61,974 bases of DNA, filler included, from Sphacelaria rigidula (GCA_964200075.2; 8 parts of 8 records of this genome joined end to end with filler, not necessarily neighbours in it); one strand, 5' to 3'; positions 1 through 12,263 are shown, counted from the first letter of the whole stretch. Program-made: numbers and translations. Notes: a model not told the origin generated them from the sequence alone.

Positions 1-109
1 TTCCACGTGTCTGGGCTGCGTGTACATGGGTTGCAACGCTCAAGTAAAGCCTAGGGATTGATTTCTCACGAGTCGACTCATCATACTAAAAACAAGTAAT
101 TTTCAGACG

Positions 110-534
110 AATCATTATTTGTCCGACCGTTGTAATAATGGTGATGGCTACATGAAAAATTCGGATAACGGTTTGAAACCATTATTCACCGTTACCGGCT
201 ACGTATGCTACACACAGCCCTTGAAAATTGCCCTAATTTTGACGTATTTTTTAGCTCTCATGAAGTTAAATCGCGTAAAAGCGTGCCTTCGGCCCGGCGC
301 CTCCAGCGGGGCCCCCTCTGCCCCCGGGGGGGGAGGGCGTACTCATTTGTTGCTTGCCTTAGTCGTTTGACCATTGACCACGCATCCATTTCGAGACGGC
401 CCGTGGGGGGGCCTTTTGGCATGCGGCTGTGCCGCTCGATGACCAAACAGTTATATACCAATTAACTGGTTAATGAGTGCTCTATGCGTAACCGTTTGAC
501 TATTGATGGTTAGACGAACCATTTCCGAGCTCTA
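110..534 (+). mobile_element. hAT-type MITE copy (left end not identified), same family as 34219-34532, interrupted by a G-run repeat at 326-411
   Basis: Colinear with 34250-34532; ends in ACCATTTCCGAGCTCTA (TIR). Confidence 0.75.
326..411. repeat. Poly(G)-anchored repeat, short unit (G-run-CGTACTCAT...CCATTGACCACGCATCC...GAGACGG)
   Basis: Homologous copies at 14965-15042, 32414-32505, 32649-32730; absent from the sister MITE copy at about 34430. Confidence 0.85.
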
Positions 535-936
535 ATATGTATGTATAGTCCGATGTCACCTCTCACATTATGAGTCTTGAAGTAAGGCATGATGCCCCAA
601 CCATGATCTTGAGAGAGGTACTTGATGTCTGCGGTTGTGTTCTCGGTGACTTGTTGTGAAAGTGGGAAAATCGAACGGCGTCTTGGGTTCCTTTTTTTCC
701 CCCATCGATTTCAAGACGCTACACGTTGCGATTACTCATAACTTCAGAGGGTACAACCTGGACTTGGATGATTGAGAAGCTTGGGCGTGGTCGCGATTCT
801 CCGGAGTTCGAGACTTCGTTTGTCACGGTAGTAGAGGGGGGCTCGAGCACGATTACTCCAGGGCAGAGGGAGTTTTGACCGTGCGAGTAGGGTGTGCTAC
901 ATACAAAGACAAAAGTACTTTTGCCACGCTAAGGCC

Positions 937-1418
937 GCTTCTTAGAAGTCAGAGAACAGACCCTCTGAGAACTTTCCTTTTTGAGCCTTTCATTGCGGAG
1001 TTTTGGCGGAATACGGGCCTTGACGGATCGGGCCTCCTCTTAATTATTTGCGTTGCTTTCCAAGAGGATTCTAGCGCACTTTTCCGATCTTTCGTGCGCT
1101 CAGCTTTACTCTTGGCGGGATTCACGATTTTTGCGGTCGCCACAAAAATCTCCAAAATGTCGGGGGGGAACACGTACTGTACGTACTTTTCCCCGACATG
1201 TTGAAGATTTGTATGGCGACAGCAAAAATCGGGAATCCGGCCAAGAGTAAAGCTGAGCGCACGAAAGATCGGAAAAGTGCGCTAGAATCCTCTTGGAAAG
1301 CATAACAAATCTTTCAGAGGAGGTGTGATCCGCCAAGGCCCGTATTCCGCCAAAGGTTCGCGATGAAAGATTCTGAAAGGGCGGTTCTCAGAGAGTCCGT
1401 TTTCTGACTATAGGAAGC
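937..1418. repeat. Long foldback (inverted repeat, arms about 240 bp), probable MITE
   Basis: 1054-1116 is the perfect reverse complement of 1240-1302 (63 bp); imperfect pairing extends to both ends; centre near 1178. Confidence 0.9.
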
Positions 1419-1522
1419 AAGCTAATGACATTTTATCATCCGGCGTTCTGCCCTTACTAAGTCAAAAACAGAGAACTGCCGATATTTTTCTTGCGTTTTT
1501 TCTCTTCCTGCTGGTGCCGGTC

Positions 1523-1895
1523 GCCCCGCCCCGGTGGCTCAGTTGGTAGCCTCGAAACCTTCTGACTGTTGGGTCGTAAGTTCGAATCTCGGAGCGATCT
1601 CGGATTTTCTCTCACACACTGCCCAACAGTGGAGAGAGCGAATATGTCGTGGGTACACAACTATGTCGTGGACACACAAAATTCGACGTAGTGACGGACG
1701 AGGGAAAGGGACTGCTGAACCCCTCTCGGGATAAGAAAAAATGAAGAAGACAAAAACACCGCAGACGGAAGGTGGAGAACGAAAACAAAGGAGAGAAACT
1801 CCTGTGTTGGCCGTCCTCCTGTGTGATCCCGGCTGGTGCACCCACATATACCGAAAAGGTGTAGACCGGCGTCCAGAATAGATGGGACGACAATA

Positions 1896-1940
<45 letters not shown>
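1523..1940 (+). mobile_element. tRNA-derived SINE with (CA)n tail
   Basis: Pol III A box TGGCTCAGTTGG (1535-1546), B box GTTCGAATC (1580-1588), body, (CA)n tail to 1940; body recurs on the minus strand at 43895-44140 and 42465-42545. Confidence 0.8.
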
Positions 1941-1942
<2 letters not shown>

Positions 1943-2247
1943 CAACACCAACACCAACCCCCCATAATCAACTGTATATTTATTTGTTTATGTTGCCTTG
2001 ATAGACGGCATATACTTCGTTCGCTTCGCATACTTTTTTTTTTTTTTCATCATTTTCTTCGATCCATCCCTAGTCAGAAAATGCCGAGTTTTGATCCTCT
2101 CACAACCCCCAAAACACATCAGTCAGCAATTAAAGGGAAGGGTGATAGCACCAGCATCCACTGTCATTTTTTTTTTTTTTCACTTCTTTCTTTTTCCCTC
2201 GAAAAATGACGGCGTCGTCCTGGATGACATCTCCGGTCGTCATCCAG

Positions 2248-2326
2248 GGGTTTGTCACCAACCAAAAATTCCCTTTTTCGTGCAAGATAAAAGAATGATG
2301 ATGACCAGTCAATCAGATAACTGCGG
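2248..2326 (+). CDS. Protein kinase gene, upstream exon (VCHQPKIPFFVQDKRMMMTSQSDNCG)
   Basis: CAG acceptor, GG|GTACGT donor; its phase-2 end joins in frame to exon 2602-2695. Confidence 0.5.
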
Positions 2327-2601
2327 GTACGTAGCTTTCCGTTCACGTGAAATAGTTCGTTAAGTTGGTTAGCCAAGTTAATTAAGTTAGGTTGTATGGG
2401 GAATTAAAAATAACCGAACAGGAACGAATCGTATCGTATGGGGGTTCCACAGTTTTTCTTTTTCTTTTGTTACGTTGTCATTCCTGCTGCGATGCTCCGT
2501 GCTTCTTCCGGCGGCTGACCTGGCTCTCTTGATCGCTCGCTCGGGGGGGGGGGGGTGGGGATATAATTGTGGCATGATGACGTCGTGACATGCATATCCA
2601 G

Positions 2602-2695
2602 GGTGATGGAAAGTGTCCACACGGAAGACCCTGACTGGGAAGCCAACCACGAGCTGACTTGGGACCAGCTGAGCAACGTGCGAGAGATCGGCAAG
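2602..2695 (+). CDS. TKL-like protein kinase exon (VMESVHTEDPDWEANHELTWDQLSNVREIGK)
   Basis: CAG acceptor, AAG|GTGCGT donor; ELTWDQL..REIGK resembles the lead-in to kinase subdomain I; splices in phase 0 to 5398. Confidence 0.75.
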
Positions 2696-3669
2696 GTGCG
2701 TGTGTTGGGGTGTGGTGTGCGGTGTTGCTGTATAACAGGCGGGCGATCGCCCCCGTGTGATTTGGGCTGGGAATGGTGCAAAGAGGTTATCGACGGGCGG
2801 TGATGTTCCGTTTCGGAGCAGTTTTTATTTTCGCAGTATTCAACAGCGAACCCAACTAGCAAAAACACTCGTATTGTATCATCAAGCATCCTTTCTTTTC
2901 CTGGGGATTTGGTCCGGTACGCCCTTGTGCTGCTGTGTCATGATCTAACAGGATGGTTCACGCGTTCGATCCAATATTCATTCGTCCGTGAATGTTCACG
3001 CTGATTGTTAAAATAAAACTCTAATATCTTGTGCACATGATATCATGTGAGCATGATGAAACGTTCGGGGGAGCGTGTTTTTCCTTTTTCCGCCGGCTGT
3101 CGGGGGTCCCAGGATACTGGTGAGTCACATGCCCTTCACATGCACTTCTGGTACCCCCGATAAACGACGATTTCAAGTAGAACATCATTCATAAAGAATA
3201 CCTCAATGCCCCCATGGTATATGTGTGCAAAGCTTCAGAATCTAAATCCAAGAATCGGTATAAATATTTGCACCTTGGTGCGATAGAATGAGCTTGAAAC
3301 GTAAAAAACCCTAATTACTTGATTTCAGTATTGAAACGACTTTTCACGTGAGAATGGCCCCATTGCATCGGTTGTTCGAGTTGCGCAATGGACCTTTGTA
3401 TATACAAATGTACCTTGGACGACCGCGGAACGGGTAATTTTTTTTTTAGAGTGTTTTGAGATATCATGTACAGTCTTCTGGGGATCTTCTCGCCGGGACC
3501 CTCGGCAGCCGGTGAAAAGCGCATATATATATATTTTTTTTTCAACAGTACATTTTCCCATTTCGGAACACGAATACCTACCGAACTGTTGACTTTGAGG
3601 GCGATCTGAGCTTTTCGACGACAAACGAATATAAGGGAAATCGTCAGGAGGCTTCCATGAGTCTTGGGT

Positions 3670-4430
3670 GCACATTATTGACACGTTGTGCGCATGCACG
3701 ATAACCGCCTGCCCAACATAGTTCTGCATGAAGTGATGGTTGAAGGGAAGAGGAGAGCAGGCCGACCCACTAGGCGCCTACAACATTGTATCACCGAATA
3801 CTGCTCATACTTCGGGATACACGCGACATCGTGGACGCAGGTTGCCCAAGATGTGTCCGAATGGTCTCGAGTTGTAGGGGAGGGGGCTAGTTTGTATATG
3901 ACAGCGTGGACCAAAGCACGCCAAGCTAAGGAGTTGTTCGGCCTACTGCTCCTAGAGTTCCCCCAGTGCCGACCGAGGACCTCCAAAAGTAACCTGTAGT
4001 CCATCGGGCAGTACACTCGCTGCCGCCGTTCTCCAAACAGCTGTGGTAGTCGTATATGAGGGTGCCTGGGGTTGCTTTTTTGTTTTTTGAGTTGATCCCG
4101 AAGATGGTGGCCATACTAATCTCCTTGTGTCACATGTCTTTCCCTGTTTTGTTATTTATTATCTTTTCTCTTCCTTTCTTTCGGTGTACATTCTTGACAG
4201 ATCTGGCGTTTGTTGTTTGTGTCTTTGTTTGTCTTTCTTTCTTTCGTTTCTCTCCTCGTTGAATACTCGGGGGAGCTACTTCTCACCAGTTTTCGTGGCG
4301 TCTCTCTTCTTATTTTTATTTTTGGTAACGTGTCTTGTATGGAATAGCAGGAAGTTGTATTGGAAAGGCAAGCCTACGTCTGTGACCACGGGTTCGCGAG
4401 ATTGCACCAATGTGCAGAAATAATAATAAT
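3670..4430 (+). mobile_element. 5'-truncated non-LTR retrotransposon (RTE-like LINE) 3' end with UTR
   Basis: ORF 3688-3999 RMHDNRLPNIVLHEVMVEGKRRAGRPTRR..FGI..SW...AQD..EW resembles the RTE ORF2 C-terminus; it splits a repeat that is contiguous at 39840-40310. Confidence 0.7.
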
Positions 4431-5087
4431 AGTAAAAATAATCGATGGGAATCCGGCGACGCCAAAACCCCACATCACCGAAATATCACGGTTTCGGGTA
4501 TTATTCGATCCCATAGTAACCGTTTTCAATCATGTTTTTTTCGTTAGATTCCCGAGTTGATGGCGGTTATTGCTAATACTCATGTTGAAATCAGGCAGAA
4601 GTTGTGTTAGGAAAATCGTGTTTTTACCTTCAGAACAATTTGGAGGCCGCTGATTGGTCGAGGCATCTTTTCACCCTTAGCGCCACCGCTATGGCCTTGA
4701 ACAAAAATCAGGTTATGTCACCGTCTTCAGTTGTCCATGGCGTCCAGCATGATACAGTGCATGCGACGATCGGGTGGGTATTGCGATTGGTATTGTTGAT
4801 GAGATGATTTCGCGTTACAACCATGAGCCAGCAGCCTGTTCATGTATCGTGATACGACGGGTCCGAGATGATTCGGGCTAGTGTTTGGCTACTAATAATG
4901 ATGAGACTCATACCAATGACACTGAAAGTGGCAAATAATATGGATGCTTACAATACCTTAGTCGTAGCAGGGTATTCATATTTGTGTCGGTTGTAGTAGT
5001 AGTAGCAGTGGTGGTAGTGGTAGTAGTAGTAGTAATAACAAAAGAAGTGAAGATAGTAATGACAGTAATGATGGTATAGCAATGACA

Positions 5088-5295
5088 AGAGGTTCGGAAA
5101 ACGCCTGTTTTGTCATTTCAGAGTGCAAATCTCTCAGGATCAGAGTGTGACGAAAAATTATTTCTCCCTCCGTCAAATGTGGTATACAGTACCCTTGAGG
5201 TGTTTTTGATGAGTTTATTTTATTTTATTCTGCACTGTGATCCTGAGATATCCGCACTCTGAAATGACAAGAAAGCGTTTTTTCGAAACTCTCTA
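5088..5295. mobile_element. MITE with roughly 70-bp imperfect terminal inverted repeats
   Basis: TTGTCATTTCAGAGTGC..CTCAGGATCA pairs with TGATCCTGAG..GCACTCTGAAATGACAA. Confidence 0.7.
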
Positions 5296-5397
5296 ATAGT
5301 AATGCTAGTCATAATAATATAGCAATAGTAAATATAGTAATAACAGTGATAACAGTAATAATGGTGACCCCAACCTTCAATTGATGTACCCGAGCAG

Positions 5398-5541
5398 GGT
5401 TTGACTTGCACGGTGTACACAGCTAGGGTTCCTGGACGGAGGTCCAAGGTCATCGCAAAGGTGGCGCGACCGAGAGATAAGGGCAGGCTCGAGGACCAGG
5501 CGGAGAGGCAGCTGGAGGCAGAGTTTAACGTGCTCCGGCAG
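5398..5541 (+). CDS. TKL-like protein kinase exon, subdomains I-III (GLTCTVYTARVPGRRSKVIAKVARPRDKGRLEDQAERQLEAEFNVLRQ)
   Basis: Spliced product IGKGLTCTVY (Gly loop), VIAKV (VAIK-like Lys), EAEFNVLRQ (alphaC Glu); CAG acceptor; probable CAG|GCAAGA GC donor. Confidence 0.8.
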
Positions 5542-6923
5542 GCAAGAAGCAGTTTTTCGTTCTTCCTGAACTTGTTGCGTCTTGTGGATATTTGATCGAT
5601 ACGCTGGATCGCTTTTGTCGTCCATTGACTCGTCCGTGACTCACAAATCCAGGCGCGGTCACTATTATAGAAACTGTACTCAGCCGCGGAGCAGTGCTAC
5701 GATAGGGGTTGCCCTTTTCGTTTCTGGGCCTCGTTTTTGTAGGAGCCCAAATATATGGGGCTTACTGCGCAATCCAAATCTCCGGGGACAGGACATGAAA
5801 ATGCACACAGTGGCCTTTTTGTGAATCGGCATCATTTTCAGTCTTTTTCAAGTGAAAATGATGCCGATTCTCAAAATGATCCGTGCAACACCCCCAGAAA
5901 CATTCTCGCTTAAAACGTGGAACCCTACCGTAGCATCAATCTGCGGCGAATCACTGGAAATACTAGCTGAGTGACTACTCATACCACCTTTCACCCTGTA
6001 AGACCGCTTTTTTAATGGTACGGCCGTGTCTTATCATCAGGACGAACTATGTTATACTGTTGTACTTCAACATCGCGGCGGTTATTCATTCCGAGTCAGT
6101 CCTCCTTTTCCTGTGTACGATCGCGAAATACGCATGCTTTACTTGATTTTAGCGCAGGGATGATAATCCTGCGCAGTACGAGTAGAAGACCCGAATTTAT
6201 TTCGCAAGTTAATCGAGGTGGTTTTTAGTCGTAGACGGCGAACTCGCGCTCTGATTGGGTCCACAAGCAGTTCGGTCTACGTGCGGTAGTCCAAGAAGAC
6301 TCCTGGTACATGATATACAGTGCTTGGCAAAAAATTTCACACCCTGGATTTTTTTTTGCGTATTTGTTTTTAATAAATGAGGAATCAATGTCACTCGGTT
6401 ACCTTGTAAAGCTACGGGAACATGATTTCGCGAGGTAACTTGCACGTATTGCGTGAACTGTATTCCAGATAATGTTTTGACGCTCCTGTTTTTTTTGTTC
6501 TTATTTTCTGCCCTTCCTCGAGTCTAGCCCATGGTCTCGAGGAGCAAGGCATCTATCTGTCTCCCCGGTACATGTACACACGCGCCTCACAGTTTGGTGT
6601 TGCTTGATTGGATCATGACCGGCACTCTCGCGCACCGTATCGGCTTTTCTCGCCATACAATAATGACAATAGATTGCACTGTCGAAAGTGTATTGAGTAC
6701 ACTACGGAATGGATTATCTATTGCAGTAGATGCAATAGTCGATACTACTGTAGGCAGTACACATTTTGACGACGTAATCTATTGTCGAGGGTGTGAAGCT
6801 TTTTTCCCCTCTGCTCACATCCTCACTTTTTGAAACGAAACGAGGGAAATTAGAAATTAGATACTTTTGAAGAGCAAAAAAATAGAACCTGCGGAGATTC
6901 GAACCCGCCTTCTTTCGTCTCAA

Positions 6924-7660
6924 CCCTCTTGGGACTGATATTCAGAAACAAGGGGTTTACCATGTGTCAGTAAAATAATAAAAAACAATCTGTGAGCGAC
7001 CTGCCCAATCACGGCGAGGCGAAATTTATCCACCACATCCGAACGACCAGTGGGGGGGGGGGGGGCTGTCGCTGGGAGTGATGTCACTGCCAAGTTGGTG
7101 TGTATGTACCCTATCCCTGCTCCAAAAAAAAGCCTTCGAAGCAACAAAAAAAAAGCCGCGATTGCCGGGGAGCTCTTTCCCGCTTTTTTGTCGTTTACTT
7201 GCATTTGTATAGGTCCTTCCTCCATTCCCGCGAACTTATTTTGGGCCATCATCCCATAGTAAAGCGTAGTAATTACAATAACACAGGGTGCTCGGGGAAA
7301 ATACGGGAAACACGTACCCTACTATATACTTCGTATGTGGTCATCTTCACAAGATGACTGATTGTAGCAACGCCATCGAACGAGAGACGGAGCTAGCTAG
7401 AGGCATGAGTTCTGCGTATCCCTCTGTTGAGGTGGTACAGCATGCGGTGAGGTCGTATGTAATCGACGGGAACGAACAAGCTGTGTATAGGCGGCTGATC
7501 TCCGTCGCGGAGGACTGCCCAGAATGTGCAGATGAGCATGTAGCGGCAGCTGCTGCTTCAGTCGGAGAGGGGTACTGTACTTTATGTGCGCCGCATGCCC
7601 TCCGAAGAGAATTTGCCGCTTGTAACTAAGCGGGAAATCGCGGCCCACCCCGACCACAAA
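6924..7660 (+). mobile_element. piggyBac-like non-autonomous element (cut by contig end) carrying ORF 7288-7629
   Basis: Starts TCAA-CCCTCTTGGGAC; colinear with the reverse complement of 31127-32158 and with 50330-50715. Confidence 0.7.
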
Positions 7661-7760
7661 NNNNNNNNNNNNNNNNNNNNNNNNNNNNNNNNNNNNNNNN
7701 NNNNTTAATTAATTAANNNNNNNNNNNNNNNNNNNNNNNNNNNNNNNNNNNNNNNNNNNN
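7661..7760. other. Artificial contig linker (N44-TTAATTAATTAA-N44); identical linkers at 15421-15520, 23180-23279, 30939-31038, 38698-38797, 46457-46556, 54216-54315
   Basis: Seven identical 100-nt spacers with a six-frame stop core, spaced 7759-7760 bp apart, consistent with length-sorted contigs concatenated together. Confidence 0.99.
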
Positions 7761-8889
7761 CCTGCAATGGAGGGATGGGACTTCAACCTCATTTTATGTT
7801 TCAACCCCAAAAATTAGAATCGGCTGTTCGGTAGTGAATAAGAGGTGAGATAAATATCCTGCGGAGCTCTTTCACGATTTGCTTCAAACGTGTAAACTTG
7901 ACGCCAACCGGCCAATCCAAGCATTCATGCGTAGAGTAACTCAGACGTACACCCGACGAGCATACCGCACGGTGCCACCAGAAATTCACGCTCGGGGTGC
8001 GATTATAGTGCGCACGACACACACAACGCAAGGGGTATGGGCCGATGCATGAAGAGATAATCTTCCCCCCTCCCTCATGCCCACGCTTCAAACACGCGAA
8101 GCTCACGTCTATCCACGACCGACGCACTCTACGGGCGTCACTTCTGTGGGGTTAAAGAAAGGTACAGTTCGCATTGGGTGCTGTAAGTGCACACATGGCT
8201 GCCATGTCAGAAAGAGTGCACACGTGTTACAGAGCTTTCGCTGCCGTGCTGGATTTCATCTACAACAGTAGTATTAGTCTCTTATCGTATACCGCTATCG
8301 GAGTGTACATTTTTACGATGAAAACACTGCGATGCACATTGTAGTGCCTCGTTGAACCTCAACACAGTCAGGGCTCACGAGAATCTTCTCCGCCGATTAT
8401 GCTCGTGCTGAACACTTTTGTGCTCTAAGAGCATATAAAGTGGGGCATGGGCATAGTTCGTACAAGCCTGTGGAAAGCAGCAGCTTTACTTCGTCGGTCC
8501 GGTTTGTTTGAAATGATAATTGCGGCGTAACCGATACCTGTTCGTTTGTGCTTCCTTTTCCGCCAGCCTGCAGACTACCTACACGTTACGACACGAATGA
8601 GATGCTTGCTGTGGGCCTAAGCTTACCTGTTGTGTCATTGATCCGCACGGTGATTTTCTATTGTCCTTGCACCATGGCTGCAAAGGTTGCGCGGGAGCTG
8701 TAACGTTGGCTTGGATGCGGCTACTACTACACTCAGTCCAACGTTGTACTGGTCGTGGTGCAACGGTGCCGTGCAGTCAGGTGCAGCGTGTATCATTTAT
8801 TTGTCGTTCACAAAGAAGTGTCAAGGTGTGTAATGCGTGAGAGGACCGCGTGCTCAGAGGAGCGCATCGGAACTTGAACATCCTTATGG

Positions 8890-8913
8890 TTAGGGTTAGG
8901 GTTAGGGTCAGGG
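8890..8913 (+). repeat. Interstitial telomere-like repeat (TTAGGG)3-TCAGGG
   Basis: Direct reading of the sequence. Confidence 0.7.
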
Positions 8914-9027
8914 GCGTCGTACCTGCAGGGACTGGCCCGATTGGTTTCGAAAAACGTTGATCCTGAGGTGTTCTGAACTACGGCGCGGTCCTCTAAGCAC
9001 GCGGTCCTCTCACGCATTACAAGGGTA

Positions 9028-9571
9028 CAGTAGTGGGCGGTCTAACTGTTCATTTTGTGGCATTTTGTGAGTTTTTCGTGTTTGACGATTTTCTCGGGCT
9101 CTTTCCGCTTGCCACCGCTCATCACATCGGGGATCTGAAGATATTTGCATCCGCTCCACATTCCGAAAAAAAAATCATCTCTGCTCAATATTGAGGGACT
9201 TACGGGCTGAGCGGTCATCGGGTCCTGCCACGTTTCAGCCCAGATTCTCACTCTTCTGTAGTTTGGGTCGATCGAGCCTGTCCCGATCATATTTGTGAAG
9301 AAATGTACAGTTTTATATTTTAGAAATTCTGCTCACCCATTGCACTAAGGTCGAAAAACTGTGTTTCACGGTCAATAGCACCCACCTGATAACCGGAGTA
9401 TTTTCTCGTTTTGCCCAAAAAACACAACTGACACTGACTTGGGCACTGTGTTTCAAGAATGATCTGTTTATTGTACCATAATCTACCGACGCTAGCGATT
9501 TCGAATTCTATCGAATTAGTACGCGAGGAAATGCCCAAAACACCCCTATATAGTTAGACAGCCCACTACTG
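9028..9571. mobile_element. Tc1/mariner-type MITE, TA TSD
   Basis: TA|CAGTAGTGGGCGGTCTAACT ... AGTTAGACAGCCCACTACTG|TA; second copy at 10297-10844. Confidence 0.85.
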
Positions 9572-10296
9572 TAAATGTCTTCGCTCTATTCTCAAATATA
9601 GGTTCAACTGTTTTTGTGAAGGTCAGACGTCTTGTCCAACACAATCCAAGAGAGATGCGGGCGCTGATATGCCAAGATGAGAAAATAGGCTTTTTGATTC
9701 TTCGCTGAGTATATTACTGGTGACGCCCCGATGTCGTCGCACTATAATATCACAAAACGTACTCAAAACCAATCTTCAAACCAGAAACTAAGGACCGTAA
9801 AAAGAGAGAGTGACTCGCGGGGGTGAAGACAGAAAATCTTTCGGTCGTCACCTCTGTGTCTCTCATCTCTTCAATCGTACTTGCCCGCCTAACCCGTGAT
9901 GTTAACTCTAAAAGAACCCACTCTTCAGTCGTCAAACACACCCAACAGCTGGTTTATGCTGCACGAAGTCCAAAACATGATTGAAAGACGCTATATTTCG
10001 TGAATTTTCCCTTCAGCATACCTCTTCTGCTCTGACCTTCCGATCCGGGATGCAAATTGTTTCTTACTTTTACTACTTCAACACAGAATACGTCAGCGTG
10101 CATATGGCCCATCTCTGTACCCCGGGCAAGGATTATTTTGTCATGTTTTACCCCGATACCCCGATGCATACATTCATATTTTCAAACTAGAACTGGTTCA
10201 GTTCCAAACCATAAATCCTCCGAGAGCTTGGCTCACCACAGAAGGCTGAAGGTTGCCCACTTATTACATCGTTGTCATGTTTCACGAGCACGTGTA

Positions 10297-10844
10297 CAGT
10301 AATGGTTGGTCTAACTATTCATTTTGTGGCATTTTGTGATTCTTTCTTCATTGTCGATTTTCTTGGGCTTTTTTCGCGTGCCTCCCCTTATCACATCGGG
10401 GATCTGAAGATACTGGTATCCGCTCCACATTCCAAGAAGAAAAAATCATCTGTACGTAAGATTGATTGACTTTCGGGCTGACCGGTCGTCGAGGGTCCTG
10501 CCACGTTTCAGCCCAGGTTTTCACTTTTTTTGTATTTTCGGTCGATCGAGCCCGTCCCGATCATATTGTCAGAGAACTGTACAGTTTTATTTTTTTGAAA
10601 TTCTGCCTACTCAGTGCACTGGCGCCGAAAAGCTGTGTTTCACGGTCAATGACACCCTCCTGATGAACGGGGTATCTAATCATTTCGCCCGATAACAACT
10701 AACACTTAGTTGGGCACTGTGTTTCGAAGATGATCTGCTTTTTTGTACCAATATCTACCGACGCTAGCAATTTCGAGTTCTATCGAAGAGTAGTACGCGA
10801 GGAAAACCCCAACACCCCCCTAATAGTTAGACCGCCCACTACTG
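10297..10844. mobile_element. Tc1/mariner-type MITE, second copy (same orientation)
   Basis: TA|CAGTAATGGTTGGTCTAACT ... AGTTAGACCGCCCACTACTG|TA; colinear with 9028-9571; related fragments at about 54360-54970. Confidence 0.85.
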
Positions 10845-11243
10845 TACTATTTTATGGGACCTCATTCTTGCTCATCGAACGGGTTGCAGTGTCGTATTCA
10901 CTCAAGAGTCCAAGTTATCCCCGAATGTCTTCGTAGCCATGGATTCCTGGATGACTGCGAGTACACACAGGGTGCAAAGGGTAATGGCAACATATCACAC
11001 GTTGAACAACTCATGAGCTGCCTGAAATAATTTATCGAAGAGGACTCTCAGATCCGTTGTTCATACACACTAACTACGTGAGCGCATGGTCGGAGAAGAA
11101 GCGAAAGCGCTACTGTTATGCCCGTGAAAGACGGCCTTGCCGACCAAAAACCCGTTGTCAACAAAAAGTAAGATGAACGTGGAAGGATATTGAAGACGTA
11201 TGGAGGACGTCACAGACTGGTCGGACCTGTGCTGAACCTGTGC

Positions 11244-11788
11244 TAGGCTTTTTCTTTTCATGCGCATTTGTTTTTATGCGCGTTTTCTCATTTTTTCATG
11301 TTCGAAAGTAAACACGATGCACCGATTTATGCTTCTTTTTTCGCGTCCTTCTTGAGGCGGACCTGGCGGGTTCCTGGCGACACCGCCCATGGAACGTACC
11401 TTCCAGCAAGAAAACAAGATGGCACGTTGAACATTTCGAGATTTCAGTTTTTCTCATCAGGTTCACAATAAACATGCGCACAAACAGCACCATAACCGAC
11501 ATCTGACCTGAAACGAAGTTAAAAAAAAGAAATTAAGAACACAAACGCCACGACTCCACGAACCACGCCACACGGAGCACCCCTTGTCAGCTACTACAGT
11601 AGCTGCTCGACGTAGGGTGAATAACCCCGTTGGAGTACTATGTGCGCCAAGTTATGCGTTAAACTTAGCTTCTATGCCTTTGTTATGCTGAAATCTCCAA
11701 AAATACATATTTATAAAAAAACGCATGTGCTTATGCGCAAAACCCCGTTTCATGCGAAATTATATGCGCACATAAAAGCAAAAGCCTA
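11244..11788. mobile_element. hAT-type non-autonomous element
   Basis: TIRs TAGGCTTTT(T/G)CTTTT..TGCGCAT; 8-bp TSD ACCTGTGC / ACTTGTGC; subterminal ATGCG motifs. Confidence 0.8.
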
Positions 11789-11887
11789 ACTTGTGCCGAA
11801 CCTCTGCCGAACAGAACACACGCTCCATCCCAAGTAATCTGGGTTCATCGAATTTTTCTGGGGACAGGAAGCAAACCGGCCTTTCCA

Positions 11888-12263
11888 CACGCGGCCATTC
11901 GGCTACCCTAAAAAATACTCTGTCCCGGTCAACTTTTCGAGCCTCCAGAGGAATTGAATTCCTCCAGAGGGTTCGCGGCCCTCCACACGGGTGGATCCAA
12001 ACGCCTTCGGAGGCTTGTTATGCCTCTGGAGGACCGCGCACCCCTCCCAAGGAATTTGGAGGATGTGCGGCCCTCCAGAGCACCATCTCTTTTGTTACTC
12101 TCGAGGGATTCAGACCTCAGAAGTCACTGGAGCATCAGTTGCTCTCCAGAGGATTCGTTTATGACCGGACCTGGGATAAAATACCCTCTATAGGATATTT
12201 TACCCTCGAGAGGATGAAAATCGCGATAGAGGATTTTTGTGGGGGTAGCCGAATGGCCGCGTG
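11888..12263. mobile_element. Non-autonomous DNA element with CAC termini and internal CCTC(C/T)(A/G)GAGG repeats
   Basis: Perfect 21-bp TIR CACGCGGCCATTCGGCTACCC (11888-11908 / 12243-12263); no TSD recognised. Confidence 0.75.

Noticed and set aside
1523..1600. tRNA gene
   Set aside because: A and B boxes are present but there is no full cloverleaf, and it continues into a dispersed repeat body, so it is a SINE head. The same applies to tRNA-like pieces near 26700-26770 and 59650-59720
7705..7716. Regularly spaced TTAATTAATTAA palindromes
   Set aside because: Artificial six-frame-stop linker embedded in Ns
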